NCBI GenBank assembly: GCA_031418635.1
Contig: JANOXW010000255.1
Span: 1-25,176 of the forward strand
DNA length: 25,176 nt
Direction of reading: 5' to 3'
Source: Acidobacteriota bacterium
GTDB lineage: Bacteria > Acidobacteriota > Blastocatellia > Pyrinomonadales > Pyrinomonadaceae
Shown here piece after piece: positions 8,853 to 21,500 of the stretch. The position numbers and the translations under genes are program-made. How positions within the stretch are numbered: the first letter of the stretch is position 1; the number at the start of each line of letters is the position of its first letter. The notes under the pieces are model-generated. The model worked only from the letters and a program-made list of their open reading frames with translations. It ran no database searches and was not told the origin of the DNA.

Positions 8853-10199
8853 ATGAAAAATCAAATTATCGCTCAAATCGAATCTTTCAAGTTTCTCAGC
8901 TATTATCTGTGTCTATGTCTTTTGGGCTTTTCGACAGTTTCAGCGCAATCTAATCAAACAGTTATCAAACTTTTGCAAGAATCTGCCGCGTTGATTCAAG
9001 CGGGAAATTTTAGCGAAGCCGAACCACTTTTGCGTCATGCTGTTTCGATTGCGCCGACAAATTCCGACGCGCATAATCTTCTCGGTATCGTGTTTGACCA
9101 ACAAGGCAAAATCGTCGAAGCCGAAAAATCTTACCGCATCGCGCTGAAATTAAATCCGAAAGCCGTTTCACCGCTTGCCAACTTGGGCGTTTTGCTTGCC
9201 CGCACGAAAAAATATGAACAAGCCGCGCAAATTTTTGAAAATATCTTAAAAGTTGTGCCAAATCATCCGCAAGCCACTATCAATCTCGGACTGCTTTACA
9301 CTTCGTTGAGCAAATACGAAAAAGCCGTCAAACTTCTCCAAATTGCTGACCAAATTCAGCCTGATTCTTTTGACATTATTTTCAATCTCGCGCTGTCGCT
9401 TTATCATTTGCAACGCTTTGACAGAGCAAATGCGGTTTTCACGGAAGCCGCTAAACTTTCGCCAAATGCGCCCGAACCGTTTTATTATCTCGGCTTAATC
9501 GCTTTTGAACACAAACAAGATGAAACAGCGGCGGATTTTTTTGATAAAGCCGTCAACTTGCGCCCAACTTACGCCGAAGCCAATTTTATGCTTGGCGAGA
9601 TTTTGCGAAAAAACAATCGGCTCGACATTGCCAAAGATTTTTACGAAAAAGCATTGGCGCAAAATCCTTCGCAAGCCGTCAATTATATTCGTCTCGGCGG
9701 CGTTTATTTGGTCTTAAACGATTTTGCCAAAGCATTGGACGTTTTCACCAAAGCAGCAAAACTTTTTCCGAACATCCCTGAAATTTATTACTTTCTAAGC
9801 ATCACGGCTCGCGCTCAAGGAAATTACGATTTAGCTCTCGCGTCGCTTAGAAAATCCCTTGCGCTGAAACCCGAAAACGCGGATGCGTTAGCACTTTTAG
9901 GCGCAATTTTAGCTGATAAAAATGAACTCGTCGAAGCTGAAAAACTTCTTCGTCAAGCGATAAATCTCGACAAAAATCATTTCAATTCGCATCACGATTT
10001 GGGTAAGTTATTGGTCAGAAATCGTCGTTACGAAGAAGCCTTGCCGATTTTGCAACGCGCTTCGTCGCTCAAACCCGAAAATCCTGATGTGCATTATCAA
10101 CTTTTCCTGACTCTTTCACGGCTTAAACGCCAAATCGAAGCTGACCAAGAGTTGGCTATTTATAAAAAATTAAGCGATGTGAACAAAAATCCAAAGTAA
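8853..10199 (+). CDS. Secreted all-TPR protein (about a dozen repeats)
   Basis: 448 aa; signal peptide ending VSAQ; repeated 34-aa units such as AHNLLGIVFDQQG..EAEKSYRIALKLNP; no other domain visible. Confidence 0.9.
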   Translation: MKNQIIAQIESFKFLSYYLCLCLLGFSTVSAQSNQTVIKLLQESAALIQAGNFSEAEPLLRHAVSIAPTNSDAHNLLGIVFDQQGKIVEAEKSYRIALKLNPKAVSPLANLGVLLARTKKYEQAAQIFENILKVVPNHPQATINLGLLYTSLSKYEKAVKLLQIADQIQPDSFDIIFNLALSLYHLQRFDRANAVFTEAAKLSPNAPEPFYYLGLIAFEHKQDETAADFFDKAVNLRPTYAEANFMLGEILRKNNRLDIAKDFYEKALAQNPSQAVNYIRLGGVYLVLNDFAKALDVFTKAAKLFPNIPEIYYFLSITARAQGNYDLALASLRKSLALKPENADALALLGAILADKNELVEAEKLLRQAINLDKNHFNSHHDLGKLLVRNRRYEEALPILQRASSLKPENPDVHYQLFLTLSRLKRQIEADQELAIYKKLSDVNKNPK

Positions 10200-10240
10200 T
10201 AAAGACGCGGAAAACCAATTTATTTTCCGCGTCTTTATTA
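10197..10240. terminator. Bidirectional terminator hairpin between the convergent TPR and TBDR genes
   Basis: Perfect 18-bp stem TAATAAAGACGCGGAAAA / TTTTCCGCGTCTTTATTA with an 8-nt loop. Confidence 0.8.
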
Positions 10241-10245
10241 CCGTT

Positions 10246-13200
10246 TTAGAAACTAAATCTCGCTTGTAATTCAATAACTCGACCAGCGAGTCCGGTAGTC
10301 GCTCTGCCGAATCTCGGATTCGGATTATCGTCGTTATTGATTCTCGTGCTGTCGGAAGCAAAACCGAACGGAGCAAGATTAAGATTGTTAAAGGCATTGA
10401 AAAGATTAACCCGTAAATCTAAACCCGTGTTTTCACTTATACGCAGACCTTTCGGCAAATCAAACCGCTTGGAAATACTTATATCGGTTGAAAAGTATCG
10501 CGGACCGCGAAAACCGTTTCGTCCGATTCCAGGCGGATTAACCAGAAAAGATGTCTGACCCATCAAATTGCGGTTGAGAGTTGTCTGGAAAATCCGATTA
10601 CAGCCAACTCCCATAGCAGCTCTACAGTTAGCTCCCGCAATAAAACTTCCCGTAAAGTTGCCGTTACCGTTAAGAAATGTATCGTTGGAAGTATTATTTC
10701 CGGCTCCGCCGAAAAATCCAATCGGGCGGAAAGGTCCGAATTCAGCCCCGCTTGCCGAGCGAATTCCCTGATTGGCGACGACCGGTGTAAATGGAAAACC
10801 GGTATGCCAAGTTACGATTCCGTTGACTTGCCAACCGCCGAGAAAAGTTCCGACCAAATCATTACGATTGCGGAAAATCGGCAAATCCCACAAACCGAAA
10901 ACATTCAAATTATGTCTAACGTCAAAATCTGAAGGTCCGTATTCCGAATCATTATCAACCGGAAAAGTTTGGTTGGTTACAAAACCGGGACCAGAATTTG
11001 ATAAATTATCGAGACTTTTGGCAAAACGATAATTTGCCTGAAACTGAAAACCGTTGGCAAATCGTCGTTCAAGCGTTGCCAACAAAGCGTTGTATCTCGA
11101 AATGACATCAGGTGTCGGCAAAAATGCCTGAAAAATACGCGGATTTACATTGGCAAAGATAAAGTTTTGATTAACCAATCGAATCAGGTTTTGATTCGCA
11201 CTTCCTTGATAGCCGACTGTCGCCGTCAATTTGGCGGGCAATTGATATTGTCCTTCGAGCGAATAACGAAAACTTTGAGCATTCGGCTGGTTTTGCGGCG
11301 AACCGTAAATTTCTACCGAACTGTTGAACGGCAATCCGGTCATCGGGTTGATTCCGCCGCCCAAAAGCGGATTTCTCGGAAAACTATTGGGCGAATTACT
11401 GCTTCCCAACGCATATAAAATCTGTCCGTCAACAAAAGGCGAACCGAAACCGTCGCCACCGGCAGGTCCAGCCGTTCCGCAACAAATGCCGAAGCGCGAA
11501 AAGAACGGCGGATTAGCCAACGAATTGATAAAGACGACGCTCGGTATGCGGTTATAGCCGATGCCGAATCCGCCGCGAATAACGGCTTTATTTTTTAAGA
11601 AACCGGGACTGTAAGCAATGCCGATTTGCGGTCCGAAATTGTTTTTGTCCGATTGAAAGAATTGATCAACAAGTTCAACTCTCGAATCGGATAATCCGTT
11701 TGGTCCGAAAATAAGATTGGTTTGCTGATTTAATCCATCGCTAATCGGCGGAAAAAATTCATATCTCAAGCCTAAATTGACAGTCAGATTCGGTCTGACT
11801 TTCCAATCATCCTGCACAAAAAAAGCATAATCATTTGTTCTGTATCTACGCTCCGCACTCGCCGGTGTGCCGGTGTTCGGATCGGCGTTAATACCTTCAA
11901 AAATCGGCGTGTCGTTTGCCAAATTAAAGAATCCGGTAAAAGTAAAAATCGGACGCGCACCGCCGATCAGACTTCTTTCGTTAATATCAAACCGAAGTTG
12001 TGTGCCAAACTTAAGCGCGTGATTGCCTATCAGCCAGTTGAATGTGTCGCTGAAATCCACACTTTTTTCCGACAAAATGCCGGGCGTATTTTCATTTTGC
12101 GGTGCGCCGAATCTGATGCGGTCAAACGGAAGTTGCTCGATTTCAATGCGCGGAATACCGAAGTTTGAACCCGGATTCGAGGCAACCTCGTCATACGAAA
12201 AACCACTGTAATTGACACGCGCCTGATTAAATTTAGTAGCTGAAATGGTGCGGTTATAAATTGCCGCGACCGAAAAACTCAGCCGATCCGAGATAATGTC
12301 GCCAATCGGACGACTGCGCCCGGCAATATCCGAACCGTTGGCTAAAGTTGGTGTAAAAAAGGTTGAAACGGCAATGCTGTCTTTTGCGGTTGCGTTGTAA
12401 TCAACCCGTGTAAAATATTGGTTTCCGGCAAAAGTATTCGGAACATTTAAGCGGACAAATTGAACGTCGGGAATACCATCAAAACCGCCGCCGATATTAG
12501 CTCTGCCAACTCCGTCGCCGAATGGCAAATAAACATTTCGTGTGCCGGTAATCGAACCAATATCTAGTCCGCCACTGACTGCCTGACATCTTTGCGGTCC
12601 ATAACCAGCCGCCGCGCAAGTGGTCGGAAGCACGGACAAAATACGCGGTGCGATGCCCGGTGCGCCGAAAACTCGTGCCGTTACACCATTCGGGCGCAGA
12701 GCGCGAACTGCGTCGCGGAATTGCGATGTTTCGACAAAAGCATCGGATGTTGTATTCGTGTTATTACGCAAGCCCTCATACGCAAAAAAGAAAAACAATT
12801 TATCTTTGCCGCTGGTTGCAAACGGACCGCCTTCACCAAAGTTCAAAAACGGCAAAGGTCCGCCGAAACTGCCGCCGAATTGCTTGAGCCGTTGGGTAAC
12901 TCGTGCCGGTGCATTGGGAAATTTATTAAAGGAATTTAATCCGGGATCATTATATTTAAAAAAACCGCTTCCGTGATAATCGTTTGTTCCGTTTTGGCTG
13001 ACGACTTTGACAACTGCGCCGGAATTTCGCCCATCTTCCGCCGAATAAGTGGATGACGAAATGTTGACTTCCTTGACGGCTTCTTGGCTTGGCGTGATAA
13101 TCGCGCCGCCGCCATTGGTTTGGCTGTTGACGCTTACACCGTCTATCTGAAAGTTGTTTGCTTCGACTCGTTGACCGTTTGCCGTAATCGGAACTTGGTT

Positions 13201-13794
13201 TTCAGTTTGGAAAATCGAACTGTTGGAACCGCCCGGACCGGGCGAATTCGGAAAACCGCTCGAACCTCCGTTGCCGCCGCGTGCGCCGTCGCCAAAAATT
13301 CCCGGCGTTAAGCGTGCTAACTCGTAAGGATCGCGCCCAACCTGCGGCAGACGCAAAATTTCCTTAGTCGAGAGAGTGTTGTCAATGTTCGCGTCTTCAG
13401 TTTTGAGCGTTTCTGCTTCACTCGTTACCGTCACGATTTCGCTGATTCCGCCGGTTTCGAGCGCAATATTTAAACCTTGCAAGCCGTCTGCCCCGACCTC
13501 TACTTTTTCAACCACGTATTGTTTGAAATTTGTTTGCGTAACGACAAGTTTGTAGTTTCCCGGAGCAAGTCCGTTAAAACGATAAAATCCATCATTATTT
13601 GATACTGTGCTGACTTCTTTGTTGGTTTCGGTATTTGTCAAAACGACATTTGCGCCAACTACGGAAGATCCGCTTGAATCAGACACAGTTCCTTGTAATA
13701 CTGCCTTGAATTGCGCGTTGGCAATCAGCGCAAAACACAGAATTAAAACGCTACAACTTAAAAAGCGTTGTAAGCCGGAAAACTTTCGGTTCAT
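10246..13794 (-). CDS. TonB-dependent receptor, acidobacterial Oar-like type with an N-terminal carboxypeptidase-regulatory-like domain
   Basis: About 1180 aa; signal peptide; N-terminal LQGTVSDSSG...G.Y.L.V domain; plug motifs NNFQIDGVS, YSAEDGRNSG; barrel motifs YAFFVQDDWKVRPNLTVNLGLRYE and DKNNFGPQIGIAY; C-terminal F. RBS GGAGGTG favours ATG 13794. Confidence 0.93.
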   Translation of the reverse strand: MNRKFSGLQRFLSCSVLILCFALIANAQFKAVLQGTVSDSSGSSVVGANVVLTNTETNKEVSTVSNNDGFYRFNGLAPGNYKLVVTQTNFKQYVVEKVEVGADGLQGLNIALETGGISEIVTVTSEAETLKTEDANIDNTLSTKEILRLPQVGRDPYELARLTPGIFGDGARGGNGGSSGFPNSPGPGGSNSSIFQTENQVPITANGQRVEANNFQIDGVSVNSQTNGGGAIITPSQEAVKEVNISSSTYSAEDGRNSGAVVKVVSQNGTNDYHGSGFFKYNDPGLNSFNKFPNAPARVTQRLKQFGGSFGGPLPFLNFGEGGPFATSGKDKLFFFFAYEGLRNNTNTTSDAFVETSQFRDAVRALRPNGVTARVFGAPGIAPRILSVLPTTCAAAGYGPQRCQAVSGGLDIGSITGTRNVYLPFGDGVGRANIGGGFDGIPDVQFVRLNVPNTFAGNQYFTRVDYNATAKDSIAVSTFFTPTLANGSDIAGRSRPIGDIISDRLSFSVAAIYNRTISATKFNQARVNYSGFSYDEVASNPGSNFGIPRIEIEQLPFDRIRFGAPQNENTPGILSEKSVDFSDTFNWLIGNHALKFGTQLRFDINERSLIGGARPIFTFTGFFNLANDTPIFEGINADPNTGTPASAERRYRTNDYAFFVQDDWKVRPNLTVNLGLRYEFFPPISDGLNQQTNLIFGPNGLSDSRVELVDQFFQSDKNNFGPQIGIAYSPGFLKNKAVIRGGFGIGYNRIPSVVFINSLANPPFFSRFGICCGTAGPAGGDGFGSPFVDGQILYALGSSNSPNSFPRNPLLGGGINPMTGLPFNSSVEIYGSPQNQPNAQSFRYSLEGQYQLPAKLTATVGYQGSANQNLIRLVNQNFIFANVNPRIFQAFLPTPDVISRYNALLATLERRFANGFQFQANYRFAKSLDNLSNSGPGFVTNQTFPVDNDSEYGPSDFDVRHNLNVFGLWDLPIFRNRNDLVGTFLGGWQVNGIVTWHTGFPFTPVVANQGIRSASGAEFGPFRPIGFFGGAGNNTSNDTFLNGNGNFTGSFIAGANCRAAMGVGCNRIFQTTLNRNLMGQTSFLVNPPGIGRNGFRGPRYFSTDISISKRFDLPKGLRISENTGLDLRVNLFNAFNNLNLAPFGFASDSTRINNDDNPNPRFGRATTGLAGRVIELQARFSF

Positions 13795-13861
13795 AGAAAA
13801 CACCTCCAGAGCAATTTTTTTAAATATTTAGAATTATTTGAACAACTGTCGAAAAACGAAT

Positions 13862-13892
13862 TAGTAAATCGTTTCACTAAATCGTTTTAGTA
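13862..13892. promoter_or_regulatory. Two overlapping LacI-type operators
   Basis: Imperfect palindromes with central CG: TAGTAAATCGTTTCACTA (13862-13879) and CACTAAATCGTTTTAGTA (13875-13892); the core TAAATCGTTT repeats at 13-bp spacing; they lie between divergent lacI and TBDR genes. Confidence 0.7.
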
Positions 13893-13902
13893 ATGTTACA
13901 AA

Positions 13903-13930
13903 TTTATACTAAACATTAAGTTCCCGTCAA
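13903..13930 (-). promoter_or_regulatory. Putative sigma70 promoter for the TBDR
   Basis: Minus strand TTGACG (13925-13930), 16-nt spacer, TATAAA (13903-13908). The predicted start near 13896 lies just upstream of the operators. Confidence 0.55.
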
Positions 13931-13997
13931 CAACAAATCATAAAATGTTGGTTAATAATAAAATTTTCAGCCTATTCTTGTCTTAAAAGGTTTAGTT

Positions 13998-15089
13998 ATG
14001 CGACACTTACCACAACGTCGGGCGATAATGATGAAAAAAGACAAATCCAACGGGTTTTCAAAAGTTATGACCAAGCCAAAAGCGGTTAGCCTTAAAGAAC
14101 TTGCTGCGTCGCTCAAACTTTCGCCAACGACGGTTTCATTAGTTTTGAACGCTGCGCCGACGGCGAGTTCGATTCCGACCGGAACGCAAGATCGCATTTT
14201 TGAAGCAGCGCGAAATCTGAAATATCGCCCAAATCACATCGCCCGTTCATTACGCGCCCAACGCACACATACTATTGGCGTTTTGATTCCCGAAATGAGC
14301 GAAGGTTATTCGGCGACGGTTTTGAGTGGTGTCGAAGAAAAATTGTTGGAAGAAGGATATTTTTACTTCGTCGTCAGTCATTGGCATCGTGAAGCACTTA
14401 TCGAACATCATTCGCGTTTTTTTGTTGAAAGATGTGTCGAGGGAATTTTAGCGGTTGATACGCCGCAACATCATCAAACCTTTTTGCCGGTTGTTTCAAT
14501 TTCTGGACACGACGAAACCAAAGGTGTTACAAATATCGTCTTAAATCATGAACAAGCCGGACTTCTGGCGGTTGAACATCTGGTCAAACTCGGACATAAA
14601 AAAATCGCCGTCATCAAAGGACAATCATTTAGCTCTGATACAGAAGCGCGTTGGAACGCGATTCGGACAGCGGCGGCGCGATGTTCAATTCCGATAAAAG
14701 AAACTTTGGTTGCACAACTTGTCGGAACTAATCCGACACCCGAACCCGGATATGTTGCCGCCAAAGAATTATTAGCCGCTAAAGCTGAGTTTACGGCACT
14801 TCTTGCTTTTAATGACATTTCTGCTATCGGTGCAATTCGCGCTCTGAATGAATCTGGCAGACGAGTTCCCGAAGACGTTTCGGTCATCGGGTTTGACGAT
14901 ATTTACGCGGCGGAATTTCATAATCCGTCGCTTACGACCATTCGCCAACCGCTGAAAGAAATGGGTTGTTTGGGCGCGGAATATTTGTTGAAAAGAATCC
15001 GCGAAAATCAAAGCGACGATTTTCCCGCCGACGTAACCGTTGAGCCGGAATTAGTAATTCGTCAATCAACCGCCGCAGTCAAAAACTAA
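13998..15089 (+). CDS. LacI-family transcriptional regulator
   Basis: HTH VSLKELAASLKLSPTTVSLVLN; hinge YRPNHIARSL; sensor motifs FNDISAIGAIRAL and VPEDVSVIGFDD...PSLTTIRQP. The start could be a downstream ATG. Confidence 0.95.
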   Translation: MRHLPQRRAIMMKKDKSNGFSKVMTKPKAVSLKELAASLKLSPTTVSLVLNAAPTASSIPTGTQDRIFEAARNLKYRPNHIARSLRAQRTHTIGVLIPEMSEGYSATVLSGVEEKLLEEGYFYFVVSHWHREALIEHHSRFFVERCVEGILAVDTPQHHQTFLPVVSISGHDETKGVTNIVLNHEQAGLLAVEHLVKLGHKKIAVIKGQSFSSDTEARWNAIRTAAARCSIPIKETLVAQLVGTNPTPEPGYVAAKELLAAKAEFTALLAFNDISAIGAIRALNESGRRVPEDVSVIGFDDIYAAEFHNPSLTTIRQPLKEMGCLGAEYLLKRIRENQSDDFPADVTVEPELVIRQSTAAVKN

Positions 15090-15133
15090 AGCGGTCAATT
15101 TATCCTGCAATTTCAAAATTAGGAGATTTCTAA

Positions 15134-18256
<3,123 letters not shown>

Positions 18257-18280
18257 TGACATCAAGCAAATCCAACAGAG

Positions 18281-18358
18281 AAGAATAATTGCCACAAAAA
18301 AGCAAAAAACCGCAAAAATAAAACCCCTATTTTTGTGCTTTTTTGTGGCTAATTTCTT
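18281..18358. repeat. Nonamer-built REP-like hairpin, possible terminator
   Basis: GCCACAAAAAAGC (18291-18303) pairs with GCTTTTTTGTGGC (18337-18349). The left arm has three ~9-nt units and the right arm two. Confidence 0.75.
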
Positions 18359-18399
18359 AACTTGATTGAAGCCTGTGCAAATTAAAAAATAAAGAAATG

Positions 18400-18449
18400 C
18401 TTCGGAATAAGTGATAAGTCAAATCTATCAGGTATCACTTATTTCGGAG
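18400..18449. terminator. Second hairpin between the convergent VPS10 and CHAT genes
   Basis: AATAAGTGATA / TATCACTTATT perfect 11-bp core, imperfectly extendable to about 17 bp, with a 16-nt loop. Confidence 0.5.
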
Positions 18450-18518
18450 AGGTTAAAGTATTGAAAATAACACTACTTTAATTTGTAAAGGCTTCACTTA
18501 ATCTAGCCAAAATAACAG

Positions 18519-21500
18519 CTATTTCGGTTCGCCTTGAAGCGTGAAAGTCGCCCAGAAATATGGATTTTGCCAGCGTTTGTCTTTGAGCAGAGAAATCTGT
18601 GCTTGTCGCAAAGCGGACGCGGGCGACAATTTTTTGCCGCCGAGCATTTCGCGGTAAAAATTCGCCATCAATTCGGCAGTTCCCTCGTCGTTCACGTCCC
18701 AAAGACTGACGACGACGCGCTTTGCGCCCGCATACATAAAGCCGCGTGTCATTCCGATTAAGCCTTCACCGCGAATTTCTTTGCCCAAACCCGTGCGGCA
18801 ACCACTTAGAACAACCATTTCCGCCGGCAGTTTCAGATTAAAAATATCGTTGACGCGCAGAAATCCATCTTGCTCTTTGCCGCTTTCGTCAATCGTCGAA
18901 AAAACGATGCCCGAAAGTTCGGGATTTTCGTTGTTGATAAAACCGTGCGTGGCAAAATGAATGTAACGATAATTTGCCAATTCGGGCGACATTGCTGAAC
19001 TTCGATTTGCCGCAAAATCTAACATTTTTTCTTTTTGATTTTCGGCAACCAACGCACTTATCGAATCGGCTTCGCGCCGCGTGAACGGCAATCGCAGCAA
19101 ATCCATATCGCCAACGTCAGAACTTCGCAGACGTTTTTTTGAAACAGCGACAAACTCCGTTGGCGGTTTATTTTGCTCCGCCATCAATTGAAATCTCTCG
19201 TCCGTTTTATCAAAAATCGGGTCAGCCAAAACCGCCAAAGTTTTCGCCGCAAGCGGTCTGCCGTTCATTTCACGCCGTAAAATCGCCAAAGCTGACGCAG
19301 AAGGTAAATTAACAATTTCGTGTTCTTCAATTAAAAATCGTTCTTCGACTTTGGACTTTGGACTTTGGACTTTGGACTTTGGAACAGTAAGCGAAGCGAA
19401 CGGAACATATTGCAACGCGCCGTCGGCGACGATTAGCAGACGTTTGCTTTCTAAAAACGGCGCAGCAGGCGCGAGGATTTGTTGGCTCAATTCCTTTGAA
19501 AATTTCTGCAAATCCGAATCGGTGATAAAGATTCGGTCGGCGCGTTCATTCGCGGTTTCAAATTCGATTTGCTTGTTTCGCGCTGTTAGAGATTCGTAAA
19601 ATTGCCGCGCCGTTTTTTCGATAATGGATTTCGCGGGCAGTTCGACGGTGCGAAAATTATCTTTTGAAACAATCCACAGATAGCTTTTTTCTTCGCCCAA
19701 AGCGTATTCGAGCAAAACGGAATCGGTATCTAAAAGTTCGCTTTGAATTTCTTTGAGAGTCAATGTTTTCGGTTGTTTAAGTGCTGCATAACGCGGATTT
19801 TGGCGACGAATTTGCGATTGTGTTTGTTCGTAATCGGTGCGGAGTTGGGCGATTTCGTTTTTTAGCTCGGCGATTTTCACCGCCTCCGATTTTCGACTTA
19901 AAGCCTTTGTCAAATTTTCAAATCTTGCCGTCAACGAGTTTCCGAGTTCTTTTTCCTTAGCCAAAAGACTTTCGTTCACGCCTTGCCGAATATCAATGTT
20001 TGATTCGGTTAAAAGATTCAAAAGACCGCGGGCGCGGGCGCGTTCATTTGCTTGAAGCGCAAGTTCGGCGAAGTTTTTGTTTGGTTCGAGTTTCTGACGT
20101 TGCATCAAAAGTTCGATATACGCGCTATAATAATTGTAAATCGTCGTCGAAAAAGAATCGCGTAAAGTGTTATTACTCATCTCGGCGCGAAAACCCTCAA
20201 TCAAGTTTAAGGCTTCTTCGATATGAGTTTGCGCTTCGTCCGTTTTTCCTAATCGGCTTTTGATCTTTGTTAGCAAATATAATGTTTTGGTAATGCGCGT
20301 CGGGTCTTCGATGGTGCGATATATGTCTAAAGATTTCTCCGCAAACTCCGTTGCTTCTGCCAATTTGCCGAGTTTTAAGTAAAATTCACCGAGAGTTTTC
20401 AAGAAAAACGCTTCGTTAGATTTATCGCTCTGTGTTTGTGCGATCTTCAAGGCTTCGTTTAGATATTCAAAGCCTTTGTCGGTGTTGCCGAGTTGAAAAT
20501 ATGAACGACCTAAGTTGCTGAAATAGCTTGGTTCAGGTTGTCTGCCAGACAAACTTTTATGCAAAGCAATCGCTTTTTCGTAATATTCGACGGCTTTTTG
20601 ATAATCCTTGTTTTCGTTGACGCAGTTTCCCATATAATTTAGCGTGATTGCCTGATTATATTTGTCATCGGTTTCTTCAAAGAGTTTGAGAGCCGCAACG
20701 TGATAGCTTTCGGCACGCGGCGCATCTTGCAAGCGGTAATAAATCGCGCCGATTCCATTGAGCGCAATGCCTTCGGTTTTTTTATTTTTCACTTCCTTTG
20801 AAAGTGCGAGCGATTCCGTCAAAATTTCGATTGCCTTTTGTCTTTCGCCGAGATACGCATAAACTCTGCCAAGACTATTTAATGCGTAGGATTGTTGTTT
20901 TTTATCGCCAATCGCCCGAAAAATTTCCAAAGAACGCTGATGAAATTCGATAGCTTTGCGTCGTTCGCCCAATCCTGTCAGTAAAATTCCGATGTTATCG
21001 AGAGCGACGGCTTCGGGTTTCTGTGCTTGTGCAAACTGAAATTTTTCGATTGCTTCCTGAAATTTTTTGATAGCGATTTGGATGTTTCCGAATGATGAAT
21101 CGGCTTTGATGAGTATTTCCATCTCGCTCATTATTCGTTTGCCGTCGGTGTAGCTGAATTCCTTTTCGGTTGCCGTGCGTAATTCGATAATGTTTAAGCG
21201 ATAATTTCCGTCGGTTTTATCAGCTGTGGTAACGCTTATTTGATAATCGCCCGCTTTTCTGACGGCGGCGTTGAGCGTTTCGGTTTCGTTCGTCGAACTG
21301 ACGGTTATTCCGTCCAACATAAACTTCCCGTCGGGTTCAAACATACTGACAGCGATAATGCCGTTGGTCGAAGTCGCGCTAATCTTTACAAATTGCCCAT
21401 TTTCGAGATGAATTTTGTAAAGATGTTTTTGCTTCGGCGAAACTTCGCGTGTTATCGCTTGTCCTTCTGACAGCGTTTTGACCTCTTCGGCAGTCTGACT

